29,661 nucleotides of DNA from a virus (lineage: Duplodnaviria > Caudoviricetes), in the IMG/VR virus record IMGVR_UViG_3300030372_001141, positions 1 to 29,661 of that record; one strand, given 5' to 3'. Of the stretch, positions 16,620-26,745 are shown piece by piece. Both the position numbers and the translations under genes were made by a program. The notes under the pieces were generated by a model. That model saw only the letters and a list, made by a program, of their open reading frames with translations. It was not told the origin of the DNA and did not search any database. Within the stretch, counting starts at the first letter, position 1. Each line of letters starts with the position of its first letter.

Positions 16620-17618
16620 ATGGCAACTGATTTCAAATATGCAAGTCAAAGTGATTTAAATAGATATGTTGGTGATATTGTAACTGATGCTGATAGTAAA
16701 AGACAAGTATATGGTTGGACATTATTGTCATCAAATAAATATATTGCAGATAATACAGGAAATATATCTCAGCTATTTATGGACGGTGCAGATTTAGGAG
16801 CAGCACAAAGCGACGCAGCTAGTGTAAATTCTAACTATAAATGGTATTATTTGGCATCAGATGATAGAGTGTATTTATACAATGACGCTGCTGACCCTAA
16901 TGATTTAATTATAGAAGCAGGATTTGACAATGCTACTTACTATGACCAAATGTTAGTGGACGCATCAATGGAGTTAAATAATTTGCTAGATGCACGTTAC
17001 CCTACCCCATTACCAAAAGTTGCTCAAATAGACCAAAATACAGCGTCAAATAGCCAATTAAAAGAATATGATGCATTAGTTATTAAAATGACTTGTTATT
17101 TATGTGCATCAAACACGCTTAGAGCTATAGGAGAGTTAGAGCAAGCAGATTATTACTACAATCAAGTCAGTAATGCAGAAAGAACGGGCATGGCAGATAG
17201 ATTGAACGCAGGAGAGTTTAAGTTATCTTATGAAGTAGATGCTAAAGATAGACTTGGCAAAGTAAACAACAAAAGCGTTTCAGGTTCTATGGATATTGTA
17301 GAGACGGGTGGTAGCTATGTAGGTGAGCCATACGATATACTAAGAATAGTCTGCACAAATTCGGGGGCTTATGGTGTGGCAAAGGCAAAAGTGCAGTATT
17401 ACGGAGATGACAAGTTATTTGGTCAAGAATCAGACCCCGATATTATTACAGGAGGTTTGCAAACAATATCAGGTCTAGGCGGTTTGCTTGTAAGATTTCA
17501 AGGAGCTTCAATGACAGCAGACGATTCGTGGGAAATAGAAGTCGCAAGCGAAGATAGAAAAATAACAAATGCTCAATCTAGTTCTATAGACTTAACAAGG
17601 CGAGGGTATTCATACTAA
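16620..17618 (+). CDS. Head-tail adaptor (Mu gp36-like) with inserted/extra domains
   Basis: YASQSDL...LVDASMELNNLLDARYPTPLP pattern; precedes the tail genes. Confidence 0.65.
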   Translation: MATDFKYASQSDLNRYVGDIVTDADSKRQVYGWTLLSSNKYIADNTGNISQLFMDGADLGAAQSDAASVNSNYKWYYLASDDRVYLYNDAADPNDLIIEAGFDNATYYDQMLVDASMELNNLLDARYPTPLPKVAQIDQNTASNSQLKEYDALVIKMTCYLCASNTLRAIGELEQADYYYNQVSNAERTGMADRLNAGEFKLSYEVDAKDRLGKVNNKSVSGSMDIVETGGSYVGEPYDILRIVCTNSGAYGVAKAKVQYYGDDKLFGQESDPDIITGGLQTISGLGGLLVRFQGASMTADDSWEIEVASEDRKITNAQSSSIDLTRRGYSY

Positions 17619-18058
17619 TGGCTGTTGATTACGATAAAATTTCATACGATTTAATAGAAAAAGGGTTAAAAACTATTATAAATAATGAATTTAAAAACGT
17701 GTATATTTCGCCTGAATTTAAAATGCGTGGCACAGAGTGTATTAGGATTGCTGTAGAGTCAAGCGAAAACGAAGAAACGACCAATGCGTATGAGCGAAGA
17801 ATATTTAATGTTGTTGTTAGATACTATCAAAAGGGAAATGTTGGCTCTGAGCGTGCATATGCAGGCATGAGAAGGAAAGCAGACAGGTTGCGTAAACATT
17901 TAATAGATAATCAAACTGCTAATACATCAACAGCTAAATGGGTAGCGTTAGACATAGATACAATAAATTTTAATATACAAGACGAAGAAAATGAAGAAAT
18001 TGATAATTTAAACATAACGGAGTTTTTATTATCATTAACACATCACAATCCGTTATAA
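17618..18058 (+). CDS. Putative tail terminator/completion protein
   Basis: 146 aa between adaptor and tail tube; assigned mainly by synteny. Confidence 0.5.
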   Translation: MAVDYDKISYDLIEKGLKTIINNEFKNVYISPEFKMRGTECIRIAVESSENEETTNAYERRIFNVVVRYYQKGNVGSERAYAGMRRKADRLRKHLIDNQTANTSTAKWVALDIDTINFNIQDEENEEIDNLNITEFLLSLTHHNPL

Positions 18059-18071
18059 GGAGTAAGAACTA

Positions 18072-19082
18072 ATGGCTCAAGCAACAAATTATTTTTCAAG
18101 CCAAGATGTTTCTGTGTTTATACAAGATGAATCAGTAGTTGGAACAACGCCTGATGATGCAAATTTAACAAGATTACAGGCGACATCTTTTACAATACCC
18201 GAAGCATCTGTCCCACTAGAGTTTTCATCAGCAAGAAGTGGGCAATATACAACAACAGCAACACAAGCACATCACTCACAAGGTACAAAGCTATGGACGT
18301 TTGACACTGTGTTACGAGGAACACCATTCTCAGTTTTAAAAGCGTGTCAAGCAGTTTTTGAACAAGGCTCGTCTACAGCAGAGCTAGACAATGACTATGT
18401 GTTTGACACAGCGGGTTATAACGTAGGAACTGGCTCAGGTGCAAAAACGCATGATATTAGGTTTATAAATGGAGGTGCTGACACTACACTTCATAATATT
18501 GAAGTTAAAGGCTGTATAGGTACAGGGTTCACTTTGTCTTCTGACATTGGTAGTGAAGGGGGAGAACTTGTATGCACTATAAATTGGGCTACGGGTTTTA
18601 TGCCAGTACACTCGTCAGATGATATTTCGTCACCTGCTTACGATGAAGGAACTCCAAAAAATATTAGAAATATAGCATTGGCAACAGGAGAGCTTGGCAG
18701 TGACAATGACATGGTCATACAGTCTTATGAATTATCAGTGCAAAGAACAATAGAAAGAGTGCATTATTCTGATATCACAGACGGCTCATTCGCTCCTTTT
18801 GGGTATGTTATGACATCACCGTTTGAAATTACAGGGTCACTGACTGTAATAAGAAATGACGATGTGCATGACTTACTTGCTAACTTTCATAACAGCACAA
18901 GTGTAGCTTTAAAAATTGCAGAAGCGTCAGGCTATTCTATAGACGTACCAAAAGCAGTTTTGGGTGAATCGTCAGTAGACAACGGCGGTGCAGTCTTAAT
19001 GCAGACAATACCTTTCACTGGTGTAGCTGATGAGGACATTGGTGGTAGTAATGAGCAAGTATTAGGAGTCACAATAGCATAA
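18072..19082 (+). CDS. Major tail (tube) protein
   Basis: 336 aa acidic beta protein; FEITGSLTV and QTIPFTG; lies directly before the chaperones and tape measure. Confidence 0.78.
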   Translation: MAQATNYFSSQDVSVFIQDESVVGTTPDDANLTRLQATSFTIPEASVPLEFSSARSGQYTTTATQAHHSQGTKLWTFDTVLRGTPFSVLKACQAVFEQGSSTAELDNDYVFDTAGYNVGTGSGAKTHDIRFINGGADTTLHNIEVKGCIGTGFTLSSDIGSEGGELVCTINWATGFMPVHSSDDISSPAYDEGTPKNIRNIALATGELGSDNDMVIQSYELSVQRTIERVHYSDITDGSFAPFGYVMTSPFEITGSLTVIRNDDVHDLLANFHNSTSVALKIAEASGYSIDVPKAVLGESSVDNGGAVLMQTIPFTGVADEDIGGSNEQVLGVTIA

Positions 19083-19351
19083 TGAAGCAAAAAATAAAAA
19101 GCACGACAAGTGGCAAAGATATAACGTACGACTTAATAGATTATACGCAAAGCGAGCGGGAACAATTTCACGATGCTTTTACAGAAGCAGAAGCTAGCAC
19201 ACCACAAAAATTTAGTTTATGGTGCAAATGTGTAAGAACTATTACTAATTTAACAGATGAAGAAATGTTAAAAATGACTGACCTTGATATTATACAAGTT
19301 GCAGTAGACGCATATCTTTACACAAATAATAAAAAAAAAGACAAGAAATAG
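19082..19351 (+). CDS. Tail assembly chaperone (gpG-like)
   Basis: Between tube and tape measure; ends at an A9 slippery run. Confidence 0.75.
   Translation: MKQKIKSTTSGKDITYDLIDYTQSEREQFHDAFTEAEASTPQKFSLWCKCVRTITNLTDEEMLKMTDLDIIQVAVDAYLYTNNKKKDKK
19333..19339 (+). promoter_or_regulatory. Programmed -1 ribosomal frameshift site (A AAA AAA)
   Basis: A9 run at 19331-19339; the -1 frame is open from 19333 to 19758 and is closed immediately upstream by TAA at 19330. Confidence 0.8.
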
Positions 19352-19758
19352 AATTACGTCTTAACGTGCAAATATCGTTAAATGGTTTACAGGGGAACTA
19401 CAGTCTACCTGAAAAGTTTCCTTACGAAGCCGTGAATCCGATGACAGCAAAAAAACAGACTTTTGAGAGTTTAGATGATGTGTATGAAGTCTTAGAGTCC
19501 TGTTATGACAAATGTGTAGAAAAGGGTTTTAATAAATTAGGAGAAGCATTGTATCAACAGTCTTTATTTGTAATTAATGACTATATGCTTGTAGATAAAG
19601 CAAAGCAAGACATGATAACACAATACAGGTTTTGCAAAAAATTCAATGCTCCTCCATACCCCTCTTTGCAAGACACTCCTGAAAGAATAATAAAAGCATT
19701 TACAATAATAGATGATGAGATAGAAATGTACAAATCAAAGGCAAACAATGGCAAATAA
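19333..19758 (+). CDS. Tail assembly chaperone gpT part (expressed as a G-T frameshift fusion)
   Basis: -1 frame relative to the 19082 ORF; GTG 19366 has no SD. Confidence 0.75.
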   Translation, partial: KKRQEIELRLNVQISLNGLQGNYSLPEKFPYEAVNPMTAKKQTFESLDDVYEVLESCYDKCVEKGFNKLGEALYQQSLFVINDYMLVDKAKQDMITQYRFCKKFNAPPYPSLQDTPERIIKAFTIIDDEIEMYKSKANNGK

Positions 19759-21478
19759 AACAGTATACGAAATAATAGCAAAAGCTATAGGATTTGGCAA
19801 AACAGATAAATCTGTTAAGACTTTAAGTGGTAGCATGAAAAGATTTGCAACAGGTCTTGTTACAACAGCAGCAGCGTACAGAGGTTTTACTGAAGCTGTA
19901 GAAGCTGTAAAGTTAGCAGGTAAACTAGAGGGTGTTGAAAACGCTTTTAATAATTTAAGAAAAGAAGCAGGGTTTTCGATTGGGACATTTAACAAATTAG
20001 ACAAAGCATTAAATGGAACAGCTGACAGATTAACTATTATGGAACAAGCAAACAATGCAATGCTTCTAGGCATAGCAGATTCAGAAGAACAAATGGCTGA
20101 AATGTTTGATATAGCACAAAGATTATCACAAGCTCTTGGCAACACAGCAGAGTTTGGTATAGAATCGCTTGTGACTGGACTGGGTAGGCAATCTAAATTA
20201 ATGCTTGACAATTTAGGTATTATGGTAGACGTAGAAGGTGCAAACAAAAACTATGCAGAATCATTGGGCGTGACTGCATCACAATTAACTGATTCACAAA
20301 GAAAACAAGCATTTATAAATGAAGCATTACAACAAGGTAAAAATCTTGTAGAAGGATTAGGCGAGGAGCAATTAACTACAGCACAAACAATAGAATCGCT
20401 TATAGCAAATTTCACAGATTTAAAGGTAGCTATAGGTGAAGCATTAGTAGACATAGGTGCTATAGATTCAATTAATACATTTGTTACTGCACTCAAAGGT
20501 TTACTAGAAATTAGACGAAATGAAGCACAAATTGCAGAAAATGCTACAACAAAATACGGTAATCAAACAGAAATCATAAAAGAACTAGAAGCCCAATACC
20601 AATTTTTGGTACAACAGCAAAATCTTTTAAAAAATTCAACTATAGAAGTTGGAACAGGCATACGTAGTTTTAGCACAAACGCAGATGCTGCAAGAGAAGC
20701 TCTTGATAAATACAACATGGCAAACAAAGAAAATACTGAGTTAATGGAAGAAAACAGAAAAGAGATGGAAATGTTGCAAGATGAAATAAAACTCAGAAAA
20801 GACAGAGCCGAAGAAATAGCTGAAATAGAATCAGATATAGCACGAAGGAAAAAAGAAGAAGCAGAAGCACAAATACAAATAGAACAAGAACAAGCGGCGA
20901 TATTAGCAAAACTAGAAAAAGAAGCAGACAAAAGAGAATTAAAAAGACAAAAAAGAGTCAAAGATAGAATTGCTACCGAAAAAGAAAATAAAAAAATGAT
21001 ATTGCAGACGTTAGATTCTATGAAAATTATAAGTGACCAATTAGGAATAGACAACAAAGCATTAGAAAAAGTAACTATTGCACACGCTGTTGCTAATACT
21101 TTTGCAGGTGCAACAAAAGCACTAGCACAAGGTGGATTGAAGGGATTTGCAGGTGCAGCAGCTGTAGTAGCAGCAGGTATGCAAAACGTAGAAAGAATAA
21201 AACAAAGCTATCAATCATATGAAGAAGGTGGTCTTATTGGGGGTAACAGGCACTCACAAGGTGGCACAATAATAGAAGCTGAACAGGGTGAGTTTATAAT
21301 GAGCCGTAATGCTGTAGAAAATATTGGTGTAGATACTTTAGAGACAATGAACGCAGGTGGTGGCAGTGTTGTTGTAAATGTTACAGGTAACGTAATGTCA
21401 GAAGATTTTGTAGAAAATGAACTTGCAGACAAAATATCTATAGCTGTCAAAAGAGGAGTAGACTTCGGCATAGTATGA
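19748..21478 (+). CDS. Tail tape measure protein
   Basis: 576 aa, helical, no proline; GLGRQSKLMLDNLGI; C-terminal GGLIGGNRHSQGG...GEFIM. Confidence 0.92.
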   Translation: MANKTVYEIIAKAIGFGKTDKSVKTLSGSMKRFATGLVTTAAAYRGFTEAVEAVKLAGKLEGVENAFNNLRKEAGFSIGTFNKLDKALNGTADRLTIMEQANNAMLLGIADSEEQMAEMFDIAQRLSQALGNTAEFGIESLVTGLGRQSKLMLDNLGIMVDVEGANKNYAESLGVTASQLTDSQRKQAFINEALQQGKNLVEGLGEEQLTTAQTIESLIANFTDLKVAIGEALVDIGAIDSINTFVTALKGLLEIRRNEAQIAENATTKYGNQTEIIKELEAQYQFLVQQQNLLKNSTIEVGTGIRSFSTNADAAREALDKYNMANKENTELMEENRKEMEMLQDEIKLRKDRAEEIAEIESDIARRKKEEAEAQIQIEQEQAAILAKLEKEADKRELKRQKRVKDRIATEKENKKMILQTLDSMKIISDQLGIDNKALEKVTIAHAVANTFAGATKALAQGGLKGFAGAAAVVAAGMQNVERIKQSYQSYEEGGLIGGNRHSQGGTIIEAEQGEFIMSRNAVENIGVDTLETMNAGGGSVVVNVTGNVMSEDFVENELADKISIAVKRGVDFGIV

Positions 21479-24400
21479 TAAATATAAATCCTAATTTATT
21501 AAAATCTTTAGAGTCAAATGTAAGTAATTATTACGTAGCATATCATATAACAAACAATGACAAGACATATTATTTGTCTACATATCCATTTACATTGCCA
21601 CTAGACGAAAGCGGAGATGCTGTTTTTTGGAATGATTTAGTCATGAAAACTAGCAATATCAAAGAGTCTATAGATTTACGTACAAAAAAAATAAAGCTGT
21701 CAGGAACTACGCTTACAATAAACAATGCCAACCAAGAAGGACAAAGATTTTCTGACACTATAGATGGGGAGATGCATGGTGCTTCTGTAGATGCGTATTT
21801 AATAACACCTGACTGCACGTATGTCAAGCAAGGCGTTAGATTGTCGTCACTTAGTATTGTAAAGATAAAGCACGACGAGCTTAGTGTAGTATTAACGTGC
21901 GATGATAAATACATTGATGAATATCATAAAGAGTTGCCATTAGAAGAAAACACTTTATACGAAGGACAAAACACATTTGCAGGCGACAATGAAAAAAGAA
22001 TACCTATACTATATGGACATTTAAAACACGCTCCTGCTGTTGCTTATATTCGTAATAGTGAGACAGAGTCTGCGTTTATAGATAATAATGTTTTAATTTT
22101 ACCTGACAAGGCACACTTAACCACAGGAACAGACAATGAGTACGATATTATAGGCATAAGACCAATAAGTCCATACACGCTTATAGAATCAAGACCAAAT
22201 CAATTAATACACCCTAAATGCTTATATTTAGGATTAGGAGATGGATTTGCAGATGTATACTCAAACAAACCTGATAGGGTCAATAAATGGATAGTGGAAG
22301 GCAATCCACTAGCAGACGATGAGTTTAAAAGCAAATGGATTTCGCAATTTGAGGTTTCTGAAGATGGCAATTATATAAATTTGCTGACTGATTCCATGCA
22401 AGACAATTCTCCATATATATCTTCAGGTCATTTGTTGTGTGGTGAAGTGTCTAGGTTAATTAATGTAAAAACGCACAAGGTTAGAGTTTGGAGACATGAA
22501 TCAACGGAAATTGGGGGATTATTTGGTTTGTCGCTAAAACACTATACAGAATTTGACACCAGTTTAAATTCTAGTTCACCAAATCCAAATAATTACGACA
22601 TGTTAGGCTTGCCTGCATTTATTGTAGATGACATGAATAGTGAAACAGGAGATATTGAAAATGGTGTGAGATTAGAAATAAACACACAAAAATATTTAAC
22701 TTTGTTGCAAGACACTGGTGATGTTACGCCTGACATTTCACTAGGAACGCAAAACAATTTTGACATTGTTACTATAGAGTTAGAATTTGAAAGTCTAAAG
22801 TCATCTGCTGACAAAAGCACAGGAGCAGAAAGAGAAACATTTACAGACGCAAACATTGTAGGTCAATTTAAAAAAGAAGACAAGGCTATTAATTTTGGCA
22901 ACATAACTCATTCTGAATGTCCATATTGGATTATGGGTTTTGTTCCACAACAAGGCACACAAAAAGGAGACGAGGGCTTAAACATTCCTTATTATGAAGA
23001 TGCATCGAGCAATAGCCCTGATGGATATTTAAATGTATCGCAAACCATTTTAGGCATACCAAGCTATTCAACAAATAGACATAGTAGCCCATTTGACGAG
23101 GACTACGATTCTGAGGGAGATTGGGACGATTACGCTAGTTTAGATGACAGCGTAGGCAATAATTTAGAAAGATTTATAATGCATTTAACAAGTGGCTCTC
23201 CAGTTGTAGTCTCAAATTATTACAACGGAAATCAAGAGTTAAATACAGATTATAGGCACACGTTTCATTCAACAGCACAAGACTCTTTAAATGCATTTGC
23301 AAACACTTGGCGAGTGTCTAAAAATCACGTACATAGGACAGATTTTACATCGCAAAACGTGTGGACTGGACTATTTTTTCCATATGTAGATACTCAAAGC
23401 GATGGCATTGAATCAAGTAACTTTATTGACCAAGCTGTCAAATTAACATTTGGAGGAATGTCTTTACGTAGGTCGTGGTATCAACAAGAATCTTTTAAAA
23501 ATAAATTTTTTGTTAATGCTAAAGGCAAATATGTTACACAAGAAAACGATTTGCTTGATGATTATCCAAGACATATGTATGTCGAAAATCTTTCTTTAAT
23601 TGTTTCGTCTGACGCAGATGATACGCTAGAACAAAGAGAAACGCAAGACTACACGCTATTTAACGTAATAGATTATTTAACTAAAGATAGATTTGAGTAT
23701 TACAATGAAAACGGCAAAGAATACAAAAGAGTGTTGTCTGTAATTAATGCTGCTAACGAAATAGAAATGTTGTTATATGATATTGATATTATAGATTTAA
23801 AAACACAAAAAATAACAGACGCAGGGATTGATTACAACTTTACATTAAATGCAAAAATATTTAGATTTGTTTCAGGTTCTACGTTTTGGGATTATGATGA
23901 TAATGACTATGCGTTTGACAATTTATCTATAGAGTATGCAAGACCTATACGTCAAAATAATACTAATATTATAAATAATTGGAGTTTTTTAGAGCAAGAT
24001 GAAAACACAACAGGCACGCCGTTTACTTGGACAAATCCTGAAACTTTAGAAATAGTAAACACACAAAGCATACCATTAGGATACAATCCGTCAAGCAATC
24101 AAGTAGTGCATCTTTGGTTTAGTGACAGAGCGTACAATTTAGACAATAGTGCTGCTTATATACCTCCGACAGTATACACAGACTTTGATTCCGTTAGAGA
24201 ATTGATACGCAGACCATCGCACATAGTAAATGACATATTGAAAAAAGAATTAAATCAAGATTTTAATATTATTGCAAAAAATGTAAACGATGATAAATAT
24301 AAATTAGATTTTTCAGTAGACGAAGCAGTAGAAGGTATAGAAGTCCTTGAAGAAATAGCTAGATGCTCACCTTTTTATTATTTAACAAGTATGCACGACA

Positions 24401-26241
24401 ATACTCCATATTTAGTAGGTTTAAAAAATATATATCAAGAATCAGATGTAGATAGGCGTATAAATGTAAATCAAATTTTAAAATACAAATACAATAAAAC
24501 AAGCAAATCAGATATTGCAACAAAAGCAAAAGTAAAATACGGATATGATTATAACAAGCAAGAATATACACAAGAAACAGATTATGTTAGTCATGATGAT
24601 GAAAACATATTGTTTTATGATGCTAGTCTTAAAGAAATGTATTTTGATAGATATGACATAGAAGACGAAAATGCATATGAGCACGTATTAGAAGCTAAAT
24701 ACATACAAGACAGTGTAACTGCTGAAATGTTAGCAAAACATATATTTGAGTCACACAAAAATCAACACTTAACTGTAGACTTTGAATTGTCCCTAAAAGA
24801 TGGATTAGACTTGCAAGTTGGAGACACTATTAGTTTTGTAGATAATAATGGTAATTTAACTAACATAAACAATACAAAGCCATATGGGCTAGATATGTCA
24901 ATAACAAATATGATTATAGACCAAGCTGTTTTGCCGTATTTTATGGTGACTTCTATAGTAAAAGATTTATCTAAATTAAAAATACAGGTGACACAGTTGC
25001 ACGAATTAGCACCATCTGCTTATGATGATTGGCAAGTACAAAATGAAATATACATACCCAATATAGCACCTACAATACAAGCTGAACAGCTAAGCAATGA
25101 TTATTTATTAGTAGGAGAATATTTCTTATTAAACGTGTATGCAAATGACCCTGACGGAATTATAGTTAATGTTGAAGCAGCTCTTGAAACTAGAGTCGGA
25201 GCACAAGTTATATTTACGCAAACTAGTGATTTAACTTTCAATCCAAGTGCAAATGCGTATAGATTGACGCTTCAAGCAACTGGTGATATATTTAACCAAA
25301 TTGCTGAAGATTCATATGAAACAACATATAATATAAAAGCATTTGATGATGATGGAGATGCAAGTAATCAAATAACTGGGTCATTTAGTGTTAATTATGT
25401 AAATGAACCTCCTATAGCAAATATAAAAGTAGATGACGTAGTAGCACCAAGTGCTAATCCATTGTACTTTGAACAATTTCCCGTAACAATAAATGCAGAC
25501 ACTGTGACTACCATAGATTGGTCAAATTCATATGACGGCAATCAAATAGGACAAGGCATTTCCATTTCACCGTCAGGAGACACGTTATTAAATGGCATAA
25601 AAAGTTTTGAAGTAAATATAGAAGGAGACGCATCAAATATAGTTTATAATCAAGCATATGCAGACAATAATTTTAATTTTCCAACATCTGTAGAAATTAC
25701 AGCTGAAAGTTTGCCAATAGGTTCAGATTTTGGCGAAATAACAGCAACAATAACAATGACAGACAGGTATGACGACACAACAACTGCTATAGTAAAATAT
25801 CTTGTGCGTCCTGAACAACCAATACTATATGCAAAACCACGTGTGCAAATGAACACAAACTCAACACCAGGATTTATAACGCTAGAACCATCAATACAAC
25901 AAGGAACGACGACGTATTATAATGTCTCCCCATTTGTACCCGGTGAAATTATAATTTTACAATTTGGTATTGATTTAGTAGATGAGCTAGGCAATATTGT
26001 TGAACAATTATTCGAAGACAATTATGTGGCTACAAACATTTCTCAATCAAGTTCGGATACTGGAAATTTGACAAGTTTTGATTCAAATGAGTATAACATG
26101 GCTTGCTCTGGGTTTTATCCATCTTTAATGTTTTCTCAAAATCCTGTGGTTAGAATAGATGCTTATATTAGAGCTAACGACGACAATGATACTGAATACG
26201 CAGGACAAAATATTATAGTAAGACTATATCAATATGAATAA
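21475..26241 (+). CDS. Large tail-tip / central fibre protein with C-terminal Ig-like modules
   Basis: 1588 aa after the tape measure; IPILYG, hub-like LQVGDTISF, NIAPTI...ANDPDG...AFDDDG and NEPPIA (PKD/Ig-type motifs). Confidence 0.75.
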   Translation: MININPNLLKSLESNVSNYYVAYHITNNDKTYYLSTYPFTLPLDESGDAVFWNDLVMKTSNIKESIDLRTKKIKLSGTTLTINNANQEGQRFSDTIDGEMHGASVDAYLITPDCTYVKQGVRLSSLSIVKIKHDELSVVLTCDDKYIDEYHKELPLEENTLYEGQNTFAGDNEKRIPILYGHLKHAPAVAYIRNSETESAFIDNNVLILPDKAHLTTGTDNEYDIIGIRPISPYTLIESRPNQLIHPKCLYLGLGDGFADVYSNKPDRVNKWIVEGNPLADDEFKSKWISQFEVSEDGNYINLLTDSMQDNSPYISSGHLLCGEVSRLINVKTHKVRVWRHESTEIGGLFGLSLKHYTEFDTSLNSSSPNPNNYDMLGLPAFIVDDMNSETGDIENGVRLEINTQKYLTLLQDTGDVTPDISLGTQNNFDIVTIELEFESLKSSADKSTGAERETFTDANIVGQFKKEDKAINFGNITHSECPYWIMGFVPQQGTQKGDEGLNIPYYEDASSNSPDGYLNVSQTILGIPSYSTNRHSSPFDEDYDSEGDWDDYASLDDSVGNNLERFIMHLTSGSPVVVSNYYNGNQELNTDYRHTFHSTAQDSLNAFANTWRVSKNHVHRTDFTSQNVWTGLFFPYVDTQSDGIESSNFIDQAVKLTFGGMSLRRSWYQQESFKNKFFVNAKGKYVTQENDLLDDYPRHMYVENLSLIVSSDADDTLEQRETQDYTLFNVIDYLTKDRFEYYNENGKEYKRVLSVINAANEIEMLLYDIDIIDLKTQKITDAGIDYNFTLNAKIFRFVSGSTFWDYDDNDYAFDNLSIEYARPIRQNNTNIINNWSFLEQDENTTGTPFTWTNPETLEIVNTQSIPLGYNPSSNQVVHLWFSDRAYNLDNSAAYIPPTVYTDFDSVRELIRRPSHIVNDILKKELNQDFNIIAKNVNDDKYKLDFSVDEAVEGIEVLEEIARCSPFYYLTSMHDNTPYLVGLKNIYQESDVDRRINVNQILKYKYNKTSKSDIATKAKVKYGYDYNKQEYTQETDYVSHDDENILFYDASLKEMYFDRYDIEDENAYEHVLEAKYIQDSVTAEMLAKHIFESHKNQHLTVDFELSLKDGLDLQVGDTISFVDNNGNLTNINNTKPYGLDMSITNMIIDQAVLPYFMVTSIVKDLSKLKIQVTQLHELAPSAYDDWQVQNEIYIPNIAPTIQAEQLSNDYLLVGEYFLLNVYANDPDGIIVNVEAALETRVGAQVIFTQTSDLTFNPSANAYRLTLQATGDIFNQIAEDSYETTYNIKAFDDDGDASNQITGSFSVNYVNEPPIANIKVDDVVAPSANPLYFEQFPVTINADTVTTIDWSNSYDGNQIGQGISISPSGDTLLNGIKSFEVNIEGDASNIVYNQAYADNNFNFPTSVEITAESLPIGSDFGEITATITMTDRYDDTTTAIVKYLVRPEQPILYAKPRVQMNTNSTPGFITLEPSIQQGTTTYYNVSPFVPGEIIILQFGIDLVDELGNIVEQLFEDNYVATNISQSSSDTGNLTSFDSNEYNMACSGFYPSLMFSQNPVVRIDAYIRANDDNDTEYAGQNIIVRLYQYE

Positions 26242-26250
26242 AACTAAAAA

Positions 26251-26745
26251 ATGATAGAATTAAGACAATACACAAACGCAATATTTGTAAGCAATTTAAA
26301 AAATGTAAAATGTTTACGTATTAATTATTTAGGGACATTTACTGCAAATATACATCACAACACAGCAGTTAAAATACAAAATGATAATTTGTTTATAGCA
26401 TACAATGAAATAGCACAAAATGAACATTTGATGGACTATAATGGTCAATTTATAATAAAAAAAATAACAGCACATGATAGCGAATATAAAAAAATAAAAG
26501 TCACAAAATATGCTATAGATGATAGGCTTGGAAATTTAAACTGGAAATTTGGCGAAGAAACAAAAAAATTAATTGAATTCAATCAAATAATTAACGCACA
26601 CAAAACCGCAAGGACTGTAGTGTCTTATGAAAAAAATAATAGAACATACTTAAAAAACTCTAAAAATAAATTAATAAGTCCAAAAATATTAACAAAAAAA
26701 GAAGCACTATACATAAACAATAGAGGAAAATATGGCATTAAGTAA
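26251..26745 (+). CDS. Hypothetical protein (basic, very AT-rich)
   Basis: 164-aa ORF overlapping the next gene by 14 nt. Confidence 0.7.
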   Translation: MIELRQYTNAIFVSNLKNVKCLRINYLGTFTANIHHNTAVKIQNDNLFIAYNEIAQNEHLMDYNGQFIIKKITAHDSEYKKIKVTKYAIDDRLGNLNWKFGEETKKLIEFNQIINAHKTARTVVSYEKNNRTYLKNSKNKLISPKILTKKEALYINNRGKYGIK

